DNA of 34,181 nt, taken from positions 1-34,181 of the IMG/VR virus record IMGVR_UViG_3300024275_000020, one strand, 5' to 3'. Position numbers and translations under genes: made by a program. A model generated the notes under the pieces. It was not told where the DNA came from. It did not search any database and worked only from the letters and a program-made list of their open reading frames with translations. Shown here in pieces: positions 14,709-23,430 of the stretch (positions are counted from its first letter, which is position 1; each line of letters opens with the position of its first letter). This stretch comes from a virus (taxonomy: Duplodnaviria; Caudoviricetes).

Positions 14709-15694
14709 CCAATCCCCGCGTCGATGTAGTTGTCCACGGTGACCTTTACGTGGGTAATCGCGTTGTTCGCGAGGCTGTTGGCGCCCTCCTCGTTCCAAAC
14801 TTGGGCGAAGTAGCTGTAGGCGGCGAGGTCGACCACGTTGTTCTGGTCACACGTGAACGGGACAGCCTGCGGGGCTTCGTAGTCCACCACGCTGGCCGCG
14901 CCGACTTCGACGAAGTCTCCTCCACTGAAGAGGCTCGTCAGCCCTCCGACCCCCGCAAGTCGCGGACAACGAAAGACGCCGATCGCTGCCTGCGTCACCG
15001 TGGGGAGAGCGCTGCGCCCGGTCGCTGGCCAGAACCCGAAGTCGACGCTGAGGATCGTTGATTTGTCGGAGATCCCCGAGACGAGCTGCGAGTCAGACAG
15101 CACCTCGTCGAGGCACCACTGCAGCCCGACGGAATAGCCACCCGACGTCGCCGCTTGCGGGAGGCGAATGGCGCCGGATGCCGACTGCGCGAAGACAAGG
15201 AACGCGAGCGACCCTCCCGTCAAGTAGGGACGACGAGCCCCATGCTCGAAGACGGTGGTCTTGTCGCGGTTCGACGATGTGGTGAACTGCTGTTCGTTCG
15301 AGACCATGAAGTTCGTGAGCGCGACCCCTCGCTCGCGGAAGCGACGGAAGTTTCCGGCTCGGACCCACATCCCTGGTGTCGCATCAGCCGGGGCGATCGC
15401 GTAAGGCTTGAATGCGCTCGGGGCGGTGAATGGCGACGAGCCTGTCCCACGGAAGACGTACCACCCGAATTTCTGAACGAGGCGCACCATCTTGTCGGTG
15501 GGCGCGAGGATGGCGGCGAGCGCCGTCAGGTTGTCGAGGGGGACGAGGGCGTCGATGCGGTTCTTGAGCCAGATCGTCCGGTCGAACGCCGTCTCGAGAG
15601 GGACATCGAACGCGGATGCCGTCGGCGGATCCGTGTCGTCGGGGAACACCGCATCAGTCGCGAAGACGTCCGCTCCGGCATAGGGCGCTCCCAT
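14705..15694 (-). CDS. baseplate-proximal tail fibre protein
   Basis: PDDTDPPTA...DRTIWLKNRI resembles the N-terminal anchor of myophage fibres; follows the wedge genes. Confidence 0.7.
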   Translation of the reverse strand: MGAPYAGADVFATDAVFPDDTDPPTASAFDVPLETAFDRTIWLKNRIDALVPLDNLTALAAILAPTDKMVRLVQKFGWYVFRGTGSSPFTAPSAFKPYAIAPADATPGMWVRAGNFRRFRERGVALTNFMVSNEQQFTTSSNRDKTTVFEHGARRPYLTGGSLAFLVFAQSASGAIRLPQAATSGGYSVGLQWCLDEVLSDSQLVSGISDKSTILSVDFGFWPATGRSALPTVTQAAIGVFRCPRLAGVGGLTSLFSGGDFVEVGAASVVDYEAPQAVPFTCDQNNVVDLAAYSYFAQVWNEEGANSLANNAITHVKVTVDNYIDAGIG

Positions 15695-15864
15695 CAGAGA
15701 GCTCCCACGCGGACGTGGTGCCCGCTCAGTGCCAGCATGAGCGCGAGGAAGGCCCCCGCGAACATGTAGAGCGACAACTGTTTCACGTCGCCGCCCTTGA
15801 GGACGAGATAGAGGACCGCGCCGAGCAGCGCGAAGAGGGCGGGGAAGATTGCATCGATGGTCAT
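15694..15864 (-). CDS. small two-TM membrane protein
   Basis: 56 aa, two hydrophobic helices; ATGA and TGATG overlaps. Confidence 0.7.
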   Translation of the reverse strand: MTIDAIFPALFALLGAVLYLVLKGGDVKQLSLYMFAGAFLALMLALSGHHVRVGAL

Positions 15865-16643
15865 CGGGGCTCGCTGTACCGGCACTCAGTCAGATCTCGA
15901 TCGCTCGGAACCGAATGTCCCCCAACGATCACACTCCACTGGCCCCAGTTGCCATTGGGGCAGGAGAGCGGCATCGTCGGATCGAAGCGCGACGTCGACG
16001 ACGTCCATATGATGGCGCGCACGCACGAGTGAGCGGCCTTCCACTGCAGCACGAGCGCCTTCACTGCGTCGACCTCGGAGTGAGGTGCGAGGATGCCGAT
16101 CCCTGTCCCATCGTCACCCGTGAGGTCGCCCAGCGTGCCGGTACGGAACGCCCACGTCGGGTAGACCACCACGAATAGATCGGACCAGAAGCCGCTCCGC
16201 TCAGGATTGCTGACGCTGTCCCAATCGAACGTCGCGTCAGTCTCGGTCATCGTCCCATCGGTCTCGATGGTCACCCAACGCCCCGCGCGGTTGATCACGC
16301 GGACGCGGGCATCCCCGAGGTACTCCCAGATCTCTCGCGCGAGTCGCCTCTGGCTTCCCGCTTCCTTCCAGCGCTGGATCCACGTCGGGAGCTTCGCCGC
16401 GAACGTGTCGTCCGTGTCGAGACGCCCGCGGGTGATGCCACGAGCCGCGCCGATGTACTTGAGCGCCGTCGGCGTGCCCCGCCCGACGGCGGCGAGCGAG
16501 CCCTGCAGCGCCGCCGAGATCGCCACGTCGACGAAGCGGCCGATCACGAAGCGGATGCGGTGTCCGATCGACGGCGACTCGGGGTACCCATCCGCCAGCC
16601 AAAGCGGACCGCCGCGAGCGATGGCGTCACGAAGGACGGTCAT
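15861..16643 (-). CDS. baseplate wedge subunit (Mu gp48/P2 I position)
   Basis: LKYIGAARGITRG...W...GS pattern; directly after baseplate J-like gene. Confidence 0.75.
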   Translation of the reverse strand: MTVLRDAIARGGPLWLADGYPESPSIGHRIRFVIGRFVDVAISAALQGSLAAVGRGTPTALKYIGAARGITRGRLDTDDTFAAKLPTWIQRWKEAGSQRRLAREIWEYLGDARVRVINRAGRWVTIETDGTMTETDATFDWDSVSNPERSGFWSDLFVVVYPTWAFRTGTLGDLTGDDGTGIGILAPHSEVDAVKALVLQWKAAHSCVRAIIWTSSTSRFDPTMPLSCPNGNWGQWSVIVGGHSVPSDRDLTECRYSEPR

Positions 16644-17803
16644 CGGATCCTCACGTCGAAAGTGGTCGTGTCGATCGGGATTGCGTTGGACGCGAGCGAC
16701 GTGTCGGGCGCGCTCGACACGACGACCCCGCCGACGACGAAGTCGACGTCGAAAACCTCGGGGGATGATGCGAGACACGCCGAGGCGACCGCATCGCCCC
16801 AGAGCTTTCCGCCCGCGCCGACCACCTTTTCGATGCCGCCGATGGGGTAGGTCGCGATGAGGTTCGCGAGAGCTTTCTGCGCGTTTGCGAGCAGGAGGGC
16901 GGGCGCTCCGCCGCGACACCACAAGATGATGCTGTGCACCGTGGGCACCGTCGTCGCAGCCGAGACCGTGACCGTGACGGTGTCCGGACGAGCCCTCGCC
17001 TCGATGTTTGCTCGCACCGCATCGAGCTCGGGGGTCGATGGCGCCCCGCTCGGGGTCGCGCACACCACCGTGACCTGACCTGTGGAGCTGAATCGAGAGA
17101 CGGCGACACGGGTGATGCTCGTCGGGACGCCGCCGGCCAAGAGCGCCGACAGAGCGGCGGCTTCGTAGGCGTCTCTCGGCCCAAGAGACGACCACGTCCC
17201 TCGCTCGGCAAGGCAACGCGTTACGAGCTGAGCGTCCGATTCCTCGTCCCGACCGACGATTGACGCGGCGTTGGCAACCGTCACCCCGGCGAAGGGCGTT
17301 TCGAGCTGATCGATCTCCGCGGTCCCCACCGAGCTCGCCGCGCCCGCTTCGACCGCCGACACCGCGACGTCAATCGAGGTGGGCGACGCCTCGGAGCCAG
17401 ACCCGAGCACAAACGCATCTGTCACACGAAACCGAGCGCTCGTGTTTGAACTCGACACGATGAGCTCGTTGGCGCCGATCGTGTAGACCGCGCCCCTCCG
17501 ATTGGTGAGCGTCACGGTGCCCGTCGCGAACGTCGCGGCGATGCGCCGGACGCCGTAGACGTCCTCGGCGTGATCCGTGAGGTAGTCGCCCGAACCGAGA
17601 AGCAAGAAGCCGCCGGCGATGAGGTCCGCCACGATCGCAGCACCATCGGCCCCGAGTTGCGCGCCGATCGACACGAGGTTCTTCGCGACGCTCCCATCAC
17701 GCCACGAACGGGCGGGTACCTGGATCGTCTCGAGGGCACCGAGCGCGAGCTCGAAGAGATCCTCGGTGGAGATCTTGCGGATGAGCGACTCGATCGGAAT
17801 CAC
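16640..17803 (-). CDS. baseplate J/Mu gp47-like protein
   Basis: YLTDHAEDVYGVRRIAATFATGTVT; AVEAGAASS; GRDEESDAQL; GP..AYEAAA. Confidence 0.93.
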   Translation of the reverse strand: MIPIESLIRKISTEDLFELALGALETIQVPARSWRDGSVAKNLVSIGAQLGADGAAIVADLIAGGFLLLGSGDYLTDHAEDVYGVRRIAATFATGTVTLTNRRGAVYTIGANELIVSSSNTSARFRVTDAFVLGSGSEASPTSIDVAVSAVEAGAASSVGTAEIDQLETPFAGVTVANAASIVGRDEESDAQLVTRCLAERGTWSSLGPRDAYEAAALSALLAGGVPTSITRVAVSRFSSTGQVTVVCATPSGAPSTPELDAVRANIEARARPDTVTVTVSAATTVPTVHSIILWCRGGAPALLLANAQKALANLIATYPIGGIEKVVGAGGKLWGDAVASACLASSPEVFDVDFVVGGVVVSSAPDTSLASNAIPIDTTTFDVRIR

Positions 17804-18174
17804 GCGACCCTCACGATCCCGGACGGCGTCAGCTGCAACGCGATCTGAAGAAAGGTGTCCTCTACCGCGGCCTTCAGATCCATCCGGTAGCTATCGTCTT
17901 GCCCGTCGACCCTCGTGACGACGCACCGCACGGACGAGATCCGGTCCGCGAAGGTCCGCAGGACGCCGTTTTCGACGTCCGCCGAGAGCGTCGAGGGGAT
18001 GGGGCGCCCCAGGACGCTGCCGAGTCCGAAGCCCCAGTCGGGAGCCTCGTACAGGGTCATCTTGTCCGTCAGGAGCCAATGGTACAAATCCTGGGCGAGG
18101 ACCTCGAGGGGGCGCGCGTCGCGCGCGAAGGCGTCGACGTCGTCGCCGCACCGGATGTCGTTGTACTCCGTCAC
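17800..18174 (-). CDS. baseplate sheath-initiator (gp25/W/Mu gp46-like)
   Basis: LAQDLYHWLLTDK..L...PDWGFGL...DRISSV; GTGA overlap. Confidence 0.8.
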   Translation of the reverse strand: MTEYNDIRCGDDVDAFARDARPLEVLAQDLYHWLLTDKMTLYEAPDWGFGLGSVLGRPIPSTLSADVENGVLRTFADRISSVRCVVTRVDGQDDSYRMDLKAAVEDTFLQIALQLTPSGIVRVA

Positions 18175-19361
18175 GAGGCCACCATCTTCAAGCTCGCGAC
18201 GTCCAGCGGAGGCGTCGCGGCTCCCGGCGTTACGGAGTTGACGACCGCCGTCACCGCCGTCACCCACGCTGCGAAGGACGGGGTGACGCGCGCGACCGGG
18301 CGGGCCGCCGCAGCCGACCCGACGACCACCGTGGCGGCGCGCTCCCCGAGAGTGACATTCGCCTCGGCATCGAGCTCAAGGCGGAGGGGGCGCCACCCGT
18401 CCCCCTCCGGGGGCTCGTACGCGGCCACGTACGGCTTCGTCGCGTCGCCCGCGATGAACCCCACCAGCACGCGGGAAGCGGGCTGGAGCGTCCCCCTGTA
18501 ACCGCTAATGCCGGCCCACACGCTTGCAGGGAGGAGGTCGGGGGCACCGTCGTCGCGGCGGACGGCTTGGAGCTCGACCCGGTCCCCCGCCATCGCGATG
18601 ACGCGGTACTCGTACAGGCGGCCGAGGGCCGCTCGAGTGGCGCCGCGGGCGAGCGAGGAGAGCGCGGCGACGAGCTCCGTGGTCACCCCGCCAGGGTCGG
18701 GGGACGCGTCGGCCACGAGCAGCGTCCCCGTGACGGAGCCGCGAGCGACCATCGCGTCGACGTAGCGAACGATCTTCGTCCCGAACCGCGCATCGACGAG
18801 GACGGTGCCTGGCTCGACGAGGACGGCCGCGCTGAACGTCATGGCCGCGTCCTCCGGGCGCCAATCGAGCACCTCGAGCGACGGGTGCGGCGGCAGCGGG
18901 GGGCGGATGCCGACCTTCGTGACCCCGTCGAGACCGACCCACCAATCGACCCCGGCGCGCGCGAACACCTGCGACGCCGGCTCGTTTTCCCCGAGTCGCG
19001 CGAAGTCGGTCCCGAGCATCTTCGGCAGGAGCACCGCCGCGACCTCGCCGACCTCCGTCGCCGTCGTCGTCACGACCTCGATGAGGTTGACGCCGATGTC
19101 CGAGTGGTAGTGCTGCGCGCGGACCGACTTGCCCCACCCGCCACCACCACCCACGACGCGCGCGAAGCGTTTCTCGCCGAACGAGCCGGAATGCGCCTTG
19201 TCGACGGTGCCGACCGCGGTGATCCCCTCCGTGCTCGTGATGACGACGCGCCCGGATGGCACGACCTCGCCGCTGATCTCCACCGTGGCGACCCACGGCC
19301 CGGACCATCCGGCGGACCATCCCATCGAGGCGACCTCGAGCCCGTTGACGTTGAGGCTCAT
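18171..19361 (-). CDS. baseplate hub-spike fusion protein
   Basis: Hub-like N-terminus plus OB-fold-like RVELQAV...PASRVLVGFIAGDATKPYV; single ORF in the hub+spike position. Confidence 0.75.
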   Translation of the reverse strand: MSLNVNGLEVASMGWSAGWSGPWVATVEISGEVVPSGRVVITSTEGITAVGTVDKAHSGSFGEKRFARVVGGGGGWGKSVRAQHYHSDIGVNLIEVVTTTATEVGEVAAVLLPKMLGTDFARLGENEPASQVFARAGVDWWVGLDGVTKVGIRPPLPPHPSLEVLDWRPEDAAMTFSAAVLVEPGTVLVDARFGTKIVRYVDAMVARGSVTGTLLVADASPDPGGVTTELVAALSSLARGATRAALGRLYEYRVIAMAGDRVELQAVRRDDGAPDLLPASVWAGISGYRGTLQPASRVLVGFIAGDATKPYVAAYEPPEGDGWRPLRLELDAEANVTLGERAATVVVGSAAAARPVARVTPSFAAWVTAVTAVVNSVTPGAATPPLDVASLKMVAS

Positions 19362-20425
19362 CGGGCGGCCGCCCTCGCTGCTTCGACCTTCGCGCGGAGC
19401 TCCACAAGGAGCTTCTGATTCTCGGTCTGGGGCGTCACGGGGGCCTTCGGAGTCACCGGTGGGATCTCACCCTTCGGCTTCGCGAGCACCGGTTTCGTCA
19501 ACCGCCATTCGGTGCACGACATGGCGACGGTCCACATCCCATCAGGCTGCCGCTCGGGCTGCCCCTTCTCCGTGACGGCGACCGCGGTGATGTCCGCCGC
19601 CGCGAGCGTCGGATGCGTCCACGCAGGCATGAGCGGGAACGGATTGGGTACGCCGCTTCCACCCGGCGGGTCGATCGCCTTCGAGAACAGCGGCCACACG
19701 AGGTGATGCTCGGGCTTCCAGAACGTCAGCGTCAGGGTGAACTTCGCAAGCCCACGCCCGTGAAAGACCATGAGCGCCCCCGACCGCCCGTATGGTTCTT
19801 TGATGTCCCATTTGTACGGGACCTTCAGCCCTGAGATCTGCGCGCGACCAGGGGATCTCACCCCAAGCACCGTCACGTAGTTCAGCGCGTCGTCATCGGG
19901 GCTCATACCCCCGATGTCGATGGCGCCGAGCCCCGTGTTGATCAGCGCCTTGTCGTCTTCGACGATGTACGTCGGCTGAAGCGCGTACTTCAGCACGACC
20001 CCCTTGCCATCCGCGCCGACGGTCCTCGAGGGCCTTCCGATGATGATGCACCCGATGAGGAGCGTGTGGCGCGTCCGTTCGCCCTCGACCATCGAGACCA
20101 CGATCGCGAAGGTGTCCTCAGTAAGGTTTCTCACCGCCCCCGGAAGGGACACGCTCACCGGATTCTCGCGGATGACATCCTCGAACTTGTAGGCCGCGTC
20201 CGCGTGGATGCTGATCGACGCCGAACATCCGTAGTTCCCCCGCGCGATCCCCAAGGGCTTCGCGTTGTCGTTCATCGGGGTCACGAGCGACGTGGTGAGC
20301 TCGTCGTCCCACTCGACCTCGTCGACGTCCGTGATGCGAAAGCCACCGTTGATCCGGATCGCGACCGAATTCCGGGTGAACATCTTGCCGTTGAGGCGGA
20401 CGAGCGGGGTGAGGAAGGACGCCAT
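19358..20425 (-). CDS. tail-tube paralogue fused to a tube-initiator (gpU-like position) domain
   Basis: First ~170 aa align with 22942-23424; C-terminal VLGVRSPG...WDIKEPYGRSGA domain follows the tape measure gene. Confidence 0.8.
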   Translation of the reverse strand: MASFLTPLVRLNGKMFTRNSVAIRINGGFRITDVDEVEWDDELTTSLVTPMNDNAKPLGIARGNYGCSASISIHADAAYKFEDVIRENPVSVSLPGAVRNLTEDTFAIVVSMVEGERTRHTLLIGCIIIGRPSRTVGADGKGVVLKYALQPTYIVEDDKALINTGLGAIDIGGMSPDDDALNYVTVLGVRSPGRAQISGLKVPYKWDIKEPYGRSGALMVFHGRGLAKFTLTLTFWKPEHHLVWPLFSKAIDPPGGSGVPNPFPLMPAWTHPTLAAADITAVAVTEKGQPERQPDGMWTVAMSCTEWRLTKPVLAKPKGEIPPVTPKAPVTPQTENQKLLVELRAKVEAARAAAR

Positions 20426-22326
20426 TACGCCGCCACCACCCCGCCGCTCTGCGTGACCGCATCACGAAGTGCACGGGTAAGCGCCGAGAGGAACTGCGGG
20501 GACTGCATGTCCTGGGCGCTCGAGGTCGACGCGCCGTGGATGTTGACCTCGATCGACATCGGCGCGGGCCCAGCCGCGGGAAGCATCGGCGCGCCTTGCG
20601 CCATGTCCCGCACCGCCCCCGTCGCGCGCTTCGAGCCGCTCTCAACACCTTGGGCGTAGCCCTCGACCGTGTTCCGGCCGTAGCCCTCGAACACCTTCGA
20701 TGGCGATTGGATCTTGAGGTCGGAGGTGAACGACTCGCGGATCCGCTTCCCGAACCCGTAGATGATGTCGTTGTTCAGCTGGACCGCGCTGTACATCCCC
20801 TTCGCGATCCCCTTGATGATCGCCGCGCCGACCCCGACCCAATCTTCGTTCGTGAAGGCGTCTTTGATCTCCTTCTTCATCTCGTAATAGGTGAGGGTCA
20901 CGCGCAGACCCCAGATCACGAGCGACTCGAGCGCATCGACGAGGAATGGGATCGACTTCGCCGCGATGTCGACGAGGCCCGTGCCGAACGTGCTCATGAA
21001 GGTCTTGATCGCGCCACCGAGCGGGGCGTTCTCGTCAAGCTGACCGAAGGCGCTCTGCAAGGCCTTCGAGATCGGGCCGAGGTCGACGTCCTTCGAGAGG
21101 TGCTGCAGCTGCTCGTAGAACTTCTTCGGTGCGTTCTCGAGGGAGAAGGCGTTGGCTATGTTGAGCTTTCCGAACTTCTTCTCCGTGACGCGCGCAAGGG
21201 TGTTGGCGGCCTCTTCGATCGGAACCTGCCCGGTCATGAGCTCCTTCCGCGCGGCGTCGACGCTCTTGTGCATCCCCGCGGCGTACTCTTTCGCGACGTC
21301 GTCGAAGTCGATCCCTGTCCCTTGGAGTTCGAGCTGTCCGAGGAAGAAGCGCCCGCTCGTCTGCCCTCGTGTGATGAGCTCCTGGATCTTCGACCCGGCC
21401 GATTCGTCGATGGCGCTCGTCGCCTGAGCGACGGCGTTCATCGTCGCGACTTGCGCCTTGCCAGTCAGGCGTGTCTTCGAGAGCGCGACGGCCATCGCGT
21501 TGAGCTCGGATGTTCCGAGGGCGGTCTTCCCCGCGAGCTCGTTGATCTGGTCGGCGTAGTTCTCAGCGCTCTTCGCGCTCCACCCGAGCGCCTGCCGTTG
21601 CCGACTCGCCTTCGCTGCAGCGTCCGCCGCCGCGAGTCCGAAGGCGCCGATCGCGATCGCGGCGGCAACGAAAGCGCCGCCGGCTGCCGCGATGCCGGCA
21701 GCGATGACTGCGATCTCCGGACCGAATGCCGCGAGCGCCTTGCCGATCGCCGGGAGGATGCTTCCGACGTCCTCCTTCGCGGCTTTCCCAAGCTTCCCGA
21801 GGCTCTTCGCGGCACCACCGCCGAATTTCGCAATGAACCGCCCCGCGGGGGCGAGCTTGTCCACGACGGCCTTCGTGATCGGAGCGGCGAAGGCGCCGAG
21901 CTTCTTGCCGATCGGGGCCAGCGCCTTCGCGCCCTTCGCAAGCGCAGGCGCTACCGCTCCGCCTGCGGCCGTCGCTGCCTTTGCGATCCCCTTGCGGAGA
22001 TTCGGGAGCTTGCCGACGCCGTCGCCGTACTTCTTTGCGGCGGCCGCGGCCGCGGCGTAGGTGGTTCCCTGCTTCGCGAGTGCCGCGGTGAGGAGGGACG
22101 TCGACGCCTTCGCCTCGTCGATGCGCTTCTTCAGCGCCGACTTCGCCGCGGTGACGTCGTCGGAGTTGCCGCGGAGTCGCCGGAGGTCGGCGGACAGGAC
22201 CTTGACCTCGTCCTCGTACGCAGCGATCGACTTGGCGGCGAGCCGCGCAGACGAGGCGATGTCCTTCGAGGCAACGGAGGCGTTGCCGTCGATGTTCACC
22301 CTGAATGTCGCCTCACCCTGGCTCAC
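20425..22326 (-). CDS. tape measure protein
   Basis: 633 aa, Ala/Gly/Lys-rich helical; LKIQSPSKVF motif; follows the tail chaperone. Confidence 0.9.
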   Translation of the reverse strand: MSQGEATFRVNIDGNASVASKDIASSARLAAKSIAAYEDEVKVLSADLRRLRGNSDDVTAAKSALKKRIDEAKASTSLLTAALAKQGTTYAAAAAAAKKYGDGVGKLPNLRKGIAKAATAAGGAVAPALAKGAKALAPIGKKLGAFAAPITKAVVDKLAPAGRFIAKFGGGAAKSLGKLGKAAKEDVGSILPAIGKALAAFGPEIAVIAAGIAAAGGAFVAAAIAIGAFGLAAADAAAKASRQRQALGWSAKSAENYADQINELAGKTALGTSELNAMAVALSKTRLTGKAQVATMNAVAQATSAIDESAGSKIQELITRGQTSGRFFLGQLELQGTGIDFDDVAKEYAAGMHKSVDAARKELMTGQVPIEEAANTLARVTEKKFGKLNIANAFSLENAPKKFYEQLQHLSKDVDLGPISKALQSAFGQLDENAPLGGAIKTFMSTFGTGLVDIAAKSIPFLVDALESLVIWGLRVTLTYYEMKKEIKDAFTNEDWVGVGAAIIKGIAKGMYSAVQLNNDIIYGFGKRIRESFTSDLKIQSPSKVFEGYGRNTVEGYAQGVESGSKRATGAVRDMAQGAPMLPAAGPAPMSIEVNIHGASTSSAQDMQSPQFLSALTRALRDAVTQSGGVVAA

Positions 22327-22535
22327 CGGTGTCTCCTCAGGCTGTTCGCCAGCGCGGTCATCGCGTCAGCTGCGTTACGTTGTGCCTTGAAGGTCAGCGC
22401 CACCACGGCGCACGCCGCGAAGGCTCGGATCCGCTGGTCGCTCGTCATGCGCCGGTCCCCTGGCACGAGCAGGTGGTACAGGGTCTCGGCTGCTAACCCC
22501 TCGTGTTCGAGCGCCCGAAACACGAGGTCGTCTAT
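22323..22535 (-). CDS. -1 frameshift extension of the tail assembly chaperone (lambda gpT-equivalent part)
   Basis: -1 frame open from the slippery site: IDDLVFRALEHEG...; ends in GTGA overlap with the tape measure gene. Confidence 0.75.
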   Translation of the reverse strand: MDDLVFRALEHEGLAAETLYHLLVPGDRRMTSDQRIRAFAACAVVALTFKAQRNAADAMTALANSLRRHR

Positions 22536-22939
22536 TTTTTTGACTCCTCCTCTCGCAACACCTTGAGCAGGCGCGTCGCCTCCGAGATGAGCGCTCCGAC
22601 GAGGCCATGGTGTTGCGACATGAGCACTTGCAGCTCGGCGGGCGTCGGGTCGAGCACGATCGACATCGCGAGTGATTCGAGGTCAGGCCGCTCGCTCGCG
22701 TCACTGATCTTGTCGATCTCGATGTCGATGGGACGACGCAGCGCGATGTTGCCCACCCTCGTCTCGACGACGACGAAGTCGAGTCCGGGCCGCCCCTTCG
22801 ACGCCCCGAGCTTCTTCGTGAGGCGCAGCGCTTCGAGGTGCTGGCGCTTCGCTGCGGTCGCTTCTTCCTTGCGGCGCGCCGCGTCCTCTCGCTCGAGCGA
22901 TTCGATCTCCGCGAGCTCCTCTTTTGTCAGATCGCTCAT
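22532..22939 (-). CDS. tail assembly chaperone
   Basis: Between tube and tape measure; ends at the slippery site; start trimmed to MSDLTKEEL. Confidence 0.85.
   Translation of the reverse strand: MSDLTKEELAEIESLEREDAARRKEEATAAKRQHLEALRLTKKLGASKGRPGLDFVVVETRVGNIALRRPIDIEIDKISDASERPDLESLAMSIVLDPTPAELQVLMSQHHGLVGALISEATRLLKVLREEESKK
22535..22541 (-). promoter_or_regulatory. programmed -1 ribosomal frameshift site A AAA AAA
   Basis: TCA AAA AAA TAG on the minus strand; rare A7 run in a GC-rich genome at the canonical position. Confidence 0.85.
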
Positions 22940-22941
22940 GG

Positions 22942-23424
22942 TCAGAAGGCCGGGATGAGGTTCACGAGCGCCTTGCCGTCTTCGATCACTTGCGTCGGCT
23001 GCAAGGCGTATTGCATCACGATCGCCGACCCGTCGTTGCCGACCGTGCGTGAGGGGCGACCGACGATGTTGCAGTTCACCAGGATGACGCTTCGCACGCG
23101 CACGTCCTCGCTCATGACGAGCGCCAGCTGGAAGGTGGCCGCGGCGAGGTTGTTGAGAGCGGGCGGGAAGCTGGCGATCACGGCGAGCTCGAACTTCGAG
23201 GCGGCGTCGGCGTAGATCCCGAGCGATGCGGAGCACGTGTAGAGCCCCGGCGCCTTGCCAAGCGCCGGTCCCCCGTCGTTCATGCCGTTCACAAGCTCGT
23301 GAGGGATCTCGTCGGACCACTCGATCGAGTCAATCTCCGTGATGCGGAACACGCCGTTGACCCGAACCGCAACGGAGTTGCGGGTGAACATCTTGCCGTT
23401 AAGGCGAATGAGTGTGGGGATCAT
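22942..23424 (-). CDS. tail tube protein
   Basis: 160 aa, beta-rich, directly after sheath; GAGGT RBS. Confidence 0.85.
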   Translation of the reverse strand: MIPTLIRLNGKMFTRNSVAVRVNGVFRITEIDSIEWSDEIPHELVNGMNDGGPALGKAPGLYTCSASLGIYADAASKFELAVIASFPPALNNLAAATFQLALVMSEDVRVRSVILVNCNIVGRPSRTVGNDGSAIVMQYALQPTQVIEDGKALVNLIPAF

Positions 23425-23430
23425 GTGACC

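Noticed and set aside
20536-22566. 676-aa + strand ORF and many other long antisense or alternate-frame ORFs in the track
   Set aside because: High-GC shadows of real genes: Arg/Pro-rich, no motifs, no coupling
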